A stretch of 63,981 nt of DNA, filler included, from Jimgerdemannia flammicorona (Eukaryota): NCBI GenBank assembly GCA_003990765.1. It is 3 parts of 3 records of this genome, joined end to end, with 100 filler letters (N's around TTAATTAATTAA, not from the genome) between each part and the next. Parts side by side here need not be neighbours in the genome. Positions count along the whole stretch, not along the records: positions 43,094 to 63,981 come from RBNJ01001572.1; 2 more parts are not named here. One strand, written 5' to 3'. Both the position numbers and the translations under genes were made by a program. The notes below the pieces were generated by a model that did not search any database, was not told the DNA's origin, and worked only from the letters and a program-made list of their open reading frames with translations. Below are positions 52,625 to 63,981 of the stretch, piece by piece. Within the stretch, counting starts at the first letter, position 1. Every line of letters starts with the position of its first letter.

Positions 52625-55600
52625 TATTGAAATATATAGGTTACAACTCGATATATGGTGGTGCAGCCTTTCTTGACTACATCATCATGTAAACATCACT
52701 AATTGCGACGTGTAAAAGCACGTAAGAATTAGCAATAAACAGTTTGCTTCTCCCTCTATTCCAAGTATTCCACAACAAAAGGTTATGAGCCTCGGTTAGT
52801 GGCTATACACCCCTCTTACACATACACTACACTACACTATATAATGGCTACTAGTTCAAGCAGTGCTAGCAGCGCACTGCCAAGTTCTAGTAACATGAAC
52901 ACAAACACAGCCGGAACAGGTTTTGCTTCCATGACGATGAATATTCTGGCAGTGGCGCCAACATCAAAGGTAAAGAGGATGATTCCTGTCTTTGATGGTA
53001 AGGACTATGCCATATGGGCATACCATATAAAGAATCTCCTAGAAGAATGTGGTTTGGAGGACTACTGGAAGCCATAGGCACAAGTAACGACATACGACGC
53101 CACGAAAGATTACAAAGTGCTAAGCGAGATTACGTTCACCCTTTCAAATGCACAAATGAAACTGATAATCAATGCTATGACAGCGAATGAAGCCTGGGAG
53201 ATTTTACACAATTACCATCAACAGGCATCTGCATCAAACAGATTCCCCTTAAAGGTGCAACTATTCAATCTTCGAATTAAGTTCAAGGAGAGCATCTGGG
53301 ACTATGCTAATCAAGTCGACGAGCTGGCGAATCAAGTGAATTCCCTTACATCTATGCTGGCGGACACCATCAAGGATGAAGACAAGGTCCTGGCTCTTAT
53401 ATGAGGCCTTCCCGAAGCGTACAACATGGTTGTCACTGCTATGAGGGAATCCGGCAGATTATCAGATTATAAGCATGTCGTCACAAGCCTTTTAAATGAG
53501 GAAACAAGGCTAGGCAGCAACAATGCCAACATGGAATACAACGAGAAAGCATTCTATGGTAGAGCACATGGATGAGGCAAAGGCAAGCCAAACAAAGGTC
53601 AAGGCCAGCAATGTGAGAAATTTGATGGTAAATGCTTTTACTGTAATAAGCATGGACATTGTGAGCAGGACTGCAACCATAAGAAGAAGGAAAAGGGTGG
53701 CCAACAGCAAGGACAATGGCAGGCAAACATGGTGGATGCCAACAACGAAAACAGCGGTGGCAGAGGTCTATTCTTCACAGAAGCGGCAACCTATCCATAT
53801 GCAGAAACCATTGAAATAGGAGGAAATTTGGAACCAACTTCCAGTTCCACCAATGCTAGTTGCAGATGCAATTCCACCAGTTCAACATCTATAAATCCTG
53901 GTCAACAAAATACTTTTCAGATAGTGAAAAATGGTGATGTCAACATCGGTGCCAGTGCAAATGTAAGCTATATGCTGAACAGTGCTTATACATGCAGTGA
54001 AGAGGTCTGGCTCATGGATTCGGGCACAACACAGCATATGACGGCTCACCAGGAGTGGTTCTCTACATATGAGAAGTTTGAGCATCCCATACCTATCAAG
54101 CTAGGTGACAATAACGTCATTTATGCTCAAGGGAAACGCAATGTAGGCATACATCTACATGGAAATGTTGATGAACCTTCAGGCACCTTCGTGGACATAC
54201 TATATGCTCCAGATATAGGCAAGAACCTCTTCTCGATAGGCAGGATGATGGCTCGCAGGGACAGAGGAGTAAATATATGCCTGAATGGTGTAATGGTAAT
54301 CAATCTGAAGAACAATAAGGAGTTAATGTATGCATCAAAAAAGGGAAATCTATATGCAATCAATGGCACGCCGAGTGATGCATCATTCGCATATTCTGCA
54401 ACTACAACTGGAGAGGATCTCTGGCATATATGGCATGAATGCTTAGGACATATCGGCAAGACGAGCCTGGAATGGATGATAAGGAGCAAGTCCATGTATG
54501 GTTTACTGGACTATATGCCACTGGATTTCTTTTGTGATGGATGCGTGGCAAACAAGGCTTCCCAGCAACCTTTTCAGGAATGAACAAAGCAAGCAGCTGG
54601 CATTCTCAATTTGATTCATATGGATATTTGTGGCCCTATGCGAATGGTATCACACTCTGGAAAGAAGTATTTTATTACATTCATTGATGATTATACATGC
54701 AAAGTCCATGTATATTTCATTGCGGGGAAAAATGAGACATTCGACAAATTCTGGGAATTCAAGGCAGCCATGGAGAATGAGACGGGACATAGAATACGAA
54801 CCCTATGCTCAGATAATGGCAAAGAATACGTCAACAAAGGTTTCAGACACTTCTTGAAGAAGAACGGTATACAGCACTCTATGACAGCCCCTTATACACC
54901 TCAGCAAAACGGTGTGGCAGAATGATTCAATTGAATGGTAGTGGAAATGGCTAGAACGATGATGAATATGGCCAGCTTACCAAAGTCCTTTTGGGTGGAA
55001 GCGGTGAATATGGCAGCATATATTCGAAATCGTTGTTTCTCTCGAGCTCTAAGAAAGGATCCTGGCAAGCAATCCAGGAATGACAGCAATCTTACTCCTG
55101 AGGAATTATGGAATGGTTCCAAGCCTGACATTTCACACTTACGCATATTCAGAAGTGAGGCATATGTTCTGGACAAAGGTGACAACTGAGGCAAGTTTGA
55201 ACCTAAGGCAGATAAGCATATATTTCTTGGATACGATGGAGCAGGATACAGACTTTGGAACCTGCAGAAACGACGTATGATCATTTCACGTGACATATAG
55301 TTCAAAGAGACTAAGCAGGAAATTTATGTGGAAATTCCTATCTCAAATCTAATGTTGAATTCGACAGTACAGCCAGCAACATCTACGCCAACTGCAAAGG
55401 CTAGCGGAACAACATCTATACCCAGAATGACACTGAAGACTACACCAAAGACATCCTTGTGACCTATGCCAGCAAAAATGCAACCCATTCAAATGGAAAT
55501 GAAGTTGCAAGAACCAAGATAATGGAAATTACAGATGAGGATGATGAAGAGGATACCTTTCTGAAGGGTAAGAAGAAGCGCAAATCTGGGATGGATAATG

Positions 55601-57694
55601 AAGTCCAAGTGGATCTGGGAAATTACTGGAACCCACCCAAGTCATCTCATCGCAAACAATATCACATGAACTATGCCTGTGAATGTGCTTATATAGCAAT
55701 GATCAGTGAGCCAGCACACTACGACGAAGCCATTCATTCGAACGATAAAAAGGAGTGGAAAAAGGCTATGGATGAGGAGTATAACTCACTCATCGAGAAT
55801 GACACATAGGACTTGGTCTCTCTTCCGGCAAATCAACAAGCCATAGGATCCCGATGGGTGTATAAAATTAAACGCAATAGCAACGGCGGCATAGAATGAT
55901 ATAAGGCCTGATTCATAGCAAAGGGGTATTCACAAGACTTTGGAGTTAACTACGATGAAACATTTTCCCTGGTATTTAAGCTTACTTCACTTAGAATACT
56001 TCTTGCGATCGGAGCCAAGTATGACTATGAGATACATCAAATGGACATTAAGACAGCCTTCCTAAATGGAGATGTGAATACTGAACTATACGTTCTTCAA
56101 CCACAAGGATACAAACTATAAGAAAATGATGGAAATGAGCTTGTATGTAAATTACGCAAAGGGCTCTACAGAATCAAGCAAGCAGCAAGGTTGTGGAATT
56201 GAAAGATCGATGGATATCTTCTAGACAATGGATTCAAGTATTGTGAAGCCGATCCATGCATATACACTCAACATACATCCTCAGGAATGGTTTACCTGGG
56301 AATTTGGGTTGACAATATTATTTTAGTCAGAATGGCAAGTGAAATCAATGACGTAAAGGCTACACTATGCCAGGAATTCAAAATGATGGACTTAGGTGAA
56401 GCGTCCTATCTCCTTGGAATATCGATTACACGTAACAGGTGCAAGCATGCTATATATCTAATGTAAGCCACATATATTCGAAATATTCTTGAGCGATTCA
56501 GGATGAGTGAATGTAAACCAGTTGGGACACTTATGGAAACATTTGTGAAACTAAAGACGTCTGACACTATGCCTGAGGGAAATGACATCCCCTATCAACA
56601 AGCCGTGAGATCCCTCATGTATCTTATGCAAGAGATGAGACCTGATATCTCTTTTACAGTAAACAAAGCGGTACAGTATTCTTCATGCTACGACAATAGC
56701 CATTGGATGGCAATCAAGCGAATTTTCAGGTACATCAAAGGAACTGCAGACTATATGCTCAGTTTGGGTGGTGATAATGGGCAAAGCAGGAGTACTATAC
56801 ACCTACTTGGTTCTTGTGACACCGATTGGACCAGCGACTTAGATGACAGAAGGTCTACGACTGGATACATCTTTAAAGTAAACAACAGAGCCATTTCATA
56901 GCAAATGTGTAAGCAACCTTCAGTGGCAACATCCTCTATGCAAGCAGAATATCAAGTGTTATCAATGGCAACAAAGGAGGCTATCTGGCTTTGAGAACTG
57001 TTAAAGGAGCTGGGATACCAGCAACGGCACTCTACGCTACTCCAGCAAGATAACCAATCAATGAATGCTTTGGCGAAGAACCCTATACATCATGCCAGAA
57101 CGAAACACATTGACATACAGCATCATTTCATATGTGAATGCGTGGAAAATGGCACTATACACCTTGAATACACCCCAACAGAATATATGACAGCAGATTC
57201 ATTGACTAAAGCCCTTCCAAAGGCAAAGTTTGACTTATGTATGAAAGGAATGGGTATTACAGGACTCTACACTGGTAATTAAGGACAATTTGGGATGAGA
57301 TAGGATAATAGATTGACAGCAAGCTTCTTTAACATTGATTCCTGTATTGGTGATTTCTACCAACATTGCTCATCTACGAATGTTCACATCTCTACTTTTC
57401 AACCTATTTTTTCGAGCTTTAAGCAGGCAATTCAGGTGTTTTTTCAGTTTCTCGATAGTGGTCTGAACATTACAGCAAGATTTGCAGTGGTTATAGCTTA
57501 GTATTGCAGTTTGGGAATTTGCATATCTCGTTGAGCGGGAGTATTGAAATATGTAGGTTACACCTTGATATATGGTGGCACAGCCTTCCTTGACTACATT
57601 ATCATATAAATATCACTAATTGTGATGCATAAAAGTGCATAAGAATTAGCAATAAACAGTTTGCTTCTCTCTCCATTCCAAGTATTCCACAACA
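52625..57694 (+). mobile_element. Ty1/Copia LTR retrotransposon, full length, pseudogenised
   Basis: 153-bp LTRs at 52625-52777 and 57542-57694, 5-bp TSD GTTAC, PBS GGTTATGAGCC (internal tRNA-iMet type), PPT GAGCGGGAG. Confidence 0.95.
52844..57282 (+). pseudogene. Copia gag-pol (gag, PR, INT, RT, RNase H)
   Basis: FDGKDYAIW, CFYCNKHGH knuckle, WLMDSGTTQHM, IHMDICGP, APYTPQQNGVAE, QMDIKTAFLNG, RRSTTGY, RTKHIDI, ADSLTKAL. Numerous in-frame stops. Confidence 0.93.
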
Positions 57695-59985
57695 GTTACT
57701 TCAATTCCTGTTCCTAGAATGGTAGTGGTCTATGGTTCGAGTATTGTGTGTGTTGTGGTGGATAGGTCCATTCCTGCTGCACTCTCCGATTTGTATTGTG
57801 GCATGACTGCATCAGGGTGGATTCTTTGTATCTTGACTGTGATGTCTTCTTCATCATTGCTGTCATCCAATAGTTCTGGTAGTCCATCTTCTGGTTCCTC
57901 CTGGTTCTTCTTTGGCTTGTTGGTGATCTTCTTCACCTCAATGATATAAGAGTAGCAGCAATCCAAGTACTGGGCACAGTACATTCTTTCACCATGGGGG
58001 CACCTTCCTAGTGGGGCATATCTGTCTGCAATTCTTGTATACCATTCTTCCTCTGTCAATTGCTTGCCTTTTCCTTTCTTCATAGTAACCATATAGGCTT
58101 CTTCTTCTTGGTCTTCCTCCATCTCGGGGTGGACTCCTTTGTGGACATTGATGGAAATTCTGATCTTCTTTCCCCAGTAGACGATCTGCATCTTCTGTGC
58201 ACTGAGGTTGATCATGGCCTTGGCTTTGTGAAGCCACTGGTTGCCAATGAGGATATCATAGTTAGTTGCATTGGTGACAATGACATCCACAGAGATAGTG
58301 GCTTCGCCAAACTTGATTGGTATATCCTGAATTTTTCCCAAGGGTGTTGCTCATGTCCCATCAGCTGTGACAAACACCAATTTGGTGGCTTCTTCTATCT
58401 CCCAACCTAGGCAGTCTACTGCTTTCTTGATAATGAGACATCCTCCTGCTCCTATATCAATAATGGCTTCAATGACCCAGTCTTCAATCTGGCAGGTAGC
58501 ATAGGCTGATGTTTTCTGGTTATCTTCACTCTCTTCATCTGAATCTTCTTGTGCATTGTTGGCTTTGATTATTCTGTAACCTTGGTCTTTGCTGATATCT
58601 GAGATTCCTGTCCTCATTTGTTGTCTGAAGGTTGGGATTTCTGCTAGTTGACCAAAGGTTGCAATGACCTTTTGGTCCTTGAGGTCCTTAAAGATATCAT
58701 ACTTGAAGGTCTTGCTCTTGCACAATTTCTGCTCCTTCTTCCCTTCACTTGATGGGGTGGTGTTTCTGATGATATCTTCTATCACTCATTCAAGTTCAGC
58801 ATCTTGTTCTAGCTCCATGTCTTGATCAGCTTTGCTCTGCTGGTTCTCTTTTTCGATGACTGTTTCTGGTTATCTTGTTTATGTCTGGGCCTTCTTAGGA
58901 GGTCTGCCTGGAGGTCTTTTGTAGGGACTGGATCGGACATCCTTCTTGCTTGAGATGGCAGGGTAAGCTTCCTATTCCTCCCTCTTTTTCTCAGATTCTC
59001 CAATCTCCTCGAAGGTGATAGTGTTTGCTTGTTCATGGTTCCTAGTTGCATTACTTGGATTGGCCTTTCGCTTGGTTTCTGTCATGCATTCAGAGGCATA
59101 GTGGCCTTCTTCTCCACAGTTATAGCATGTTATTGATTGTCTTGCATTTGTAGTGGCAAACTTCTGTACTGGCTTCTTCTTGAACTCTTTAACTACATCA
59201 CTGAGGTATGCAGTTATTTCTGTAAACTGTTTGGCCAGTTCCTCCATTGGGTCGACCCTTCTTTGGTCTTGTGGTTGCGGTTGTATATTCTGGTTGACTA
59301 TGGTAGCTGGGATTGTATTGTTGACTCTTGGTGCTTGTTCGATTTTTACTCCAGTTATCCTTTCCATTGTATGACCTTGAGGGTGTCTGGCAGTCCAGTA
59401 TCTTTGGGCATAGGTAACCTTCTGTCCCAGGTCCAGTAGTATTGGGGTAGATCAAATAGCTAAAGCGATTTCTTGGTGAATGCCTTTCATAAAGGTATTC
59501 TCAGCCACTTGGTCTTGAACTGCATTGGGGTAGTCAGCAAGGACTATTTAATGTCAGATTCTTGTATAGAATGTGTTTGGGTCTTCAGACATTCCTTGGC
59601 AGATAGTATTCAGTTGATCTTTGAGTACCTGTTTGATTTTATCTGTATAGTAGGTTGTTCAGAACCAGGTCTTGAAAGCTATGATTCTTGCTAGATCATT
59701 GGCTGCTTGTACATTGGCTGCAGTAAATGTGGTTCTTGCTGGGCCTCGGAGGCTTACAGAGAGTAGGGCTACTTGTTGTACTATACTTAAGGTCCTTACA
59801 GCGGCATACTGCTCAAAATCATCAATGAAGGTGATGATTGATTCATCAGATATATATCTATGGAATACAGGGGGTCTCATATCCATTCTGTCTGATTGTA
59901 TTGTGTACATTCTGGTTGTGGTTGTTCATTGTTCAGCTTGAAAGTGAGGGATTCATCTTGAATCACCAGCCAATGGGCACTAAGT

Positions 59986-60451
59986 TGTAATGTGGCAGAC
60001 ACTAAGATGGGCAAGTATATCAGATTTCTTTATCTTGAATTCTTGTCTTCTTGACTCCCAGAGTCAGTAGTTCCTTGAGGCCAAATGTGTTTAAAGAGGT
60101 AATCCTGAAGGTCCTTTTATTGGTATACTTGTTCTTTTTCTAACACTTTCGATCTGAGGTTTATTCACTCTAAGATACTGGGTTATTTATACAAGTTTGC
60201 TAGCTATGAGAGGGTGGCTAAGTAATAAATGAGTCATTTGGACTTTGTCGAAATATTTGGACAATGTCTAAATGCTATACTAAATCAGGACATTCAATTT
60301 GGATAATATCTAAAGATTTAGACAATGTCAAAGAATTTAGATAATGTTGAAATCGAGGACTGCTACCTATAAGGCTATACTACTTTGGGACTGGGTGTGA
60401 TCAAGTATCTATTCCCTATTTCCTTCTTCCAAATTTGGCTATACCATCACA
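59986..60451 (-). repeat. 5' LTR of Gypsy B
   Basis: Direct repeat of 48702-49166, followed in element sense by the leader and gag ATG. Confidence 0.95.
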
Positions 60452-60842
60452 CTATTGAGGTAGTTATATCTATAGTTGACAGAACACTCATAATTAGTAT
60501 ATTTATTTCCACACTCACATTACTAGAGTGATCATCAGACATTTCTAGTATAGTGTATTTTAATGAGGTGTTTTTGCTATAGTTGCTTAGAGTGAGTAGG
60601 TCTTATATCTTTGTTATAAAGGGGGAATATTTTATTAAAGTTGTATAGATCACATATTTCATACTTTACTAATGAATAATATAAATCTGATAGAATGGTA
60701 TAATAACAAATTGATTCATCAAGTTATCATCCTAATAATTTAGCCAAAGTATAAGTTAGCTATTTAATATATTATATAAATAACTTATTAAATTTATTTA
60801 GTTTTTCACCAAGTTTTTCTTCAGACCTGGTAAATTTCAAAG

Positions 60843-62722
60843 TATTTATTAAAGGCTAAAATTATAACTATTCTTTTACTGAGCTAATTTCATTTCTCTC
60901 AGTTCTTTTTTAGAAAGCTTAATCTTTATCCAGTCTAATAAATTTATTTAGTAAAAGGTCAGCCACAACTTTGGCCTTAAACTCATATTTTCTTAAAGCC
61001 AGACTACTTTTAGAGATTAGTAAAGAGAAACTTAGTAAGAGTAAGATTTATAAATATATTAAAGAAGAAACCTGATAAAAGAGAAAATTAATCTAATTCT
61101 TTAAATCCAGAGAACATAATTTTAAAGATTAGAGATTTGGCTTACAGTATGTTTCAAAACTGAACCAATATTTTATTAAATTTTATATTATAATATATTA
61201 TAGTTTTATATTAGAGATATTTAAAATATTAAATTTATTATTTTTAAATTTTATTTTATCTTTATAAAAAAATCCTAAAAAAAATAATTATTGGTTCAGT
61301 TTTGGAACCAAATTATTTATAAATATTCTTTATTTAATAGATAGACAATAAATTGAAATATATATTATAATTATTCTTTTAATATTTCTCTATAATCTCA
61401 TATAATTTATTTTTTAAAATCTTATTTATTTTATCTTTTACAAAAATAATAAAAAAACTCTTTTTAAATATATATAAATATATAATATATTATTAATAAA
61501 CTGAATTCAAACATTAAAGCAATTATATTTTGTCTAAAGAAGGTTATTTAAGTATACTTTCTACTCATAATAAATTATAATTTATTTATTAAATAGATTA
61601 GTTATAGTTTGAAATTATATAAATTACTAGAGTATTAAATATATATATAAGAATAATAGAAGAATAAATAAATACTGTACAGAAAAGATTGATATTTGGT
61701 AACTAGAAGTATATAGTATCCTCTAAAAAAACAAAAATCAATTATTTTGGATTCTGGTCAACTTCGAATTTTATGTCAATTGATGTTATGTGACTTTTCC
61801 ACATTGAAAATGCTGCGAAACTGACTGTAAAACTACTTGAAATTGACTGTAAATACTCAAAATATCTAAGATACTATAAATTTGAATTAAAGATATGAAA
61901 TATCACTTAATGCAAGTCACGTGACATCAATTGAAGTAAAATTCAAAAATGACCAAAAAAGGCAGATGTTATATGCAAAATCCAAAATAATTGATTTTTG
62001 TTTTATTAGAGGATACTATATATTCTAGTTACCTAATATCAGTCTTTCCTATACAATATTTATTATTCTCCTATTATTCTTATATATATTTAATACTCTA
62101 GTAATTTATATAATTTCAAACTATAACTAATCTATTTAATAAATAAATTATAATTTATTATAAGTAGAAAGAATACTTAAATAGCCTTCTTTAGACAAAA
62201 TATCATTGCATTAATATTTGAATCAGTATATTATATATATTTATATATATTTAAAAAGTGCTTTTTTTATTATTTTTTTAAAAGATAAAATAAATAAGAT
62301 TTTAAAAAATAATTTTTATGAGATTATAGAGAAATATTAAGAATAATTATAATAAGGTTTAAATATATATCTCAATTTATTATCTATCAATTAAATAAAG
62401 AATATTTATAGATAATTTGGTTTCAAAACTAAACCAATAAATTTTTTTTTTAGATTTTTTTTTAAAGATAAAATAAAAATTTAAAAGCAATAAATTTAAT
62501 ATTTTTAAATATCTCTAATATAAAACTGTAATATATTATAATATAAAATATATTTATATTAACTATTTTTATTTTAATATTTAAAATATAAAATTTAATA
62601 AAACATTGGTTTAGTTTTGGAATATACTATATAAAAGTACTTAGTTTAAGACAAAAATTGTGACTGAGAGAATAAATTCTAGCTCAGCAAAAGATAGTTA
62701 CAATTTTGGCCTTTAACTAAAT
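60843..62722. repeat. Outer inverted repeat pair (~60843-60905 / ~62662-62722), probably an older MITE hosting the foldback
   Basis: AAAGGCTAAAATTATAACTATTCTTTTACTGAGCTA is a reverse-complement match to TAGCTCAGCAAAAGATAGTTACAATTTTGGCCTTT. Confidence 0.55.
61145..62629. mobile_element. Non-autonomous Tc1/mariner-type foldback element with ~650-700-bp inverted arms
   Basis: TA|CAGTATGTTTCAAAACTGAACC ... GGTTTAGTTTTGGAATATACTA|TA. Arms ~61145-61796 and ~61915-62629 around a ~120-bp spacer. No ORF. Confidence 0.8.
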
Positions 62723-62745
62723 ATAATATAAGAGAATAAATCTAT

Positions 62746-63627
62746 TGTGATGGTACAGCCAGATTTGGAAGAAGAAATAGGGAATAGACACTTGATTGCA
62801 CCCATTCCCAAAGTAGTGTAGCATTATAGTTAGCAGTCCTTGATTTCGACATTGTCTAATTTCTTAGATATTGTCTAAATTTTAGACATTATCCAAATCG
62901 AATACCCCGATTTAGTATAGCATTTAGACATTGTCCAAATGTTTCGACAAAGTCCAAATGACTCATTTATTACTTAGCCACCCTCTCATAGCTAGCAAAC
63001 TTGTATAAATAACCAAGTATCTTCGAGTGAATAAACCTCAGATTGAAATAGTTCAAAAGCAAAGAGATAGCAAAGGAACTAGTAAGCCTGCAGGCAGATA
63101 CACTTCAAACTCACCCACCCTCCCCTGCAACTTCAAGAGACTCTGCAAGAGTCAGAACAGTCAAGTTTTCAAGATACAGAAATCCGACGTACTTTCAAGA
63201 GTAAGTGTCTGCTACGTTACAACTTAGTGCCCATTGGCTGGTGATTCAAGATGAATCCCTCACTTTCAAGCTGAATAATGAACAACTGCCACTACCCAAA
63301 CCAAGCCCCAATACCCAGACAAGATAGATATGAGACTACCAGTATTTCATGGATATACCTCAGATGAATAAATCATCACCTTCATTGATGATTTCGAGTA
63401 GTATGCTGCTGTAAGGACTCTGACAGTAGCACAGCAAGTAGCCCTTATGCCCTTCAGCCTACAAGGCCCTGCCAGAGCAGCATTCACAGCCGCAACCCAT
63501 GCAGGAAATGATGCCGATGCTGTACTGACAGCACAGAAGACCTGGCTCCGAAACACATATTACACAGACGAGATCAAGCAAGCCCTGAAGGATCAGCTCA
63601 ACACAATATGCCAAGGAATGAGCGAGG
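62746..63627 (+). mobile_element. Ty3/Gypsy copy C: 5' LTR (62746-63221), leader and start of gag (ATG 63278), interrupted by a LINE
   Basis: TGTGATGG...GTTACA LTR, the same leader as A and B, and gag fragment SLQGPARAAFTAA...ALKDQL. Confidence 0.9.
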
Positions 63628-63629
63628 AC

Positions 63630-63981
63630 GGTCGCATCTCTCTCCACTATAATTCACGTTACACACACTTTTCAACACACTTTCGAAGCATTTATTGGCG
63701 AGAGATACTAGGGCAATGTCAACTAGCAAGCAAGCCGACACGCGTACTGGGTCGGGTGGACCTGGGGCCTTCGACTGGCAGACTGTCGGGAGAGGGTATG
63801 GATTGGGGATGGGATCTTTCGGTGGCTCGAGTGGGCAGGGCGGCTCAGGCAGTGGAGGTAGCACTGGTGGGGGGGCTGGAGGGAAGCAGGGGAGGAGCTT
63901 TGCGGACACGCTGAGGGGTGGAGGCTGGCCGATGGGCACTCGTGGTGGACCGGCAGGAGGGAAGGGGAAGCAGAAGGATGG
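63630..63981 (+). mobile_element. 5' end of a subfamily-2-like LINE (ORF1 ATG ~63716), continuing beyond the window
   Basis: ATTCACGTTACAC leader. MSTSKQADTRTGSGGPGAFDWQTVGRG resembles LINE F ORF1 RTGQGSGGAFGWQQVRRRG. CpGs retained. Confidence 0.8.

Larger units (their letters stand above)
49622..59929 (-). pseudogene. Gypsy B gag-pol (split by the Copia insertion)
   Basis: Zn knuckle CYNCGEEGHYASEC; protease AIIDIGA..ILIGNQWL; dUTPase AGMDL / GGVINSDYTGE / RGRAGFGST; RT LDLFSGFYQI, MPFG, YVDD; RNase H DAS, QTDHSAL; integrase KLEPKWEGPY. Many CGA>TGA stops. Confidence 0.92.
48702..60451 (-). mobile_element. Ty3/Gypsy LTR retrotransposon B, full length, interrupted by a Copia element
   Basis: LTRs 48702-49166 and 59986-60451 (TGT...ACA), 4-bp TSD CTAT, purine tract AGGAGGAAG before the 3' LTR, domain order gag-PR-dUT-RT-RH-INT. 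Confidence 0.95.

Overview
Eukaryotic fungal DNA, most likely an early-diverging (Mucoromycota-type) genome; the taxon is an inference from gene style, homopolymer-rich intergenic DNA and the TE types. Bases 1-9.6 kb are a CpG-intact genic block with a single-exon F-box/LRR gene and a three-exon SAM-dependent methyltransferase gene. The remaining ~54 kb is a mutated transposon block. It holds two full-length Ty3/Gypsy elements (14396-21071, 48702-60451) and the 5' part of a third (62746-63627). The two full-length copies carry a dUTPase inside pol and an extra third ORF after the integrase. A second repeat family (9665-11775 and 43094-45525) encodes a longer homolog of that ORF3 and shares the Gypsy LTR TATA/poly(A) core. 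A Ty1/Copia element (52625-57694) sits inside the Gypsy dUTPase, and an older Copia relic hosts that Gypsy. About 21 kb (21.3-43.0 kb) is a same-strand nested stack of at least seven L1/Tx1-like LINEs. hAT-type and Tc1/mariner-type MITEs are also present. The TEs show CpG>TpG decay, and the oldest also show RIP-like CpA>TpA decay. Two 100-bp artificial scaffold spacers interrupt the window. The best novelty candidates are the Gypsy ORF3 family, the self-nesting LINE array and the RIP-like signature.
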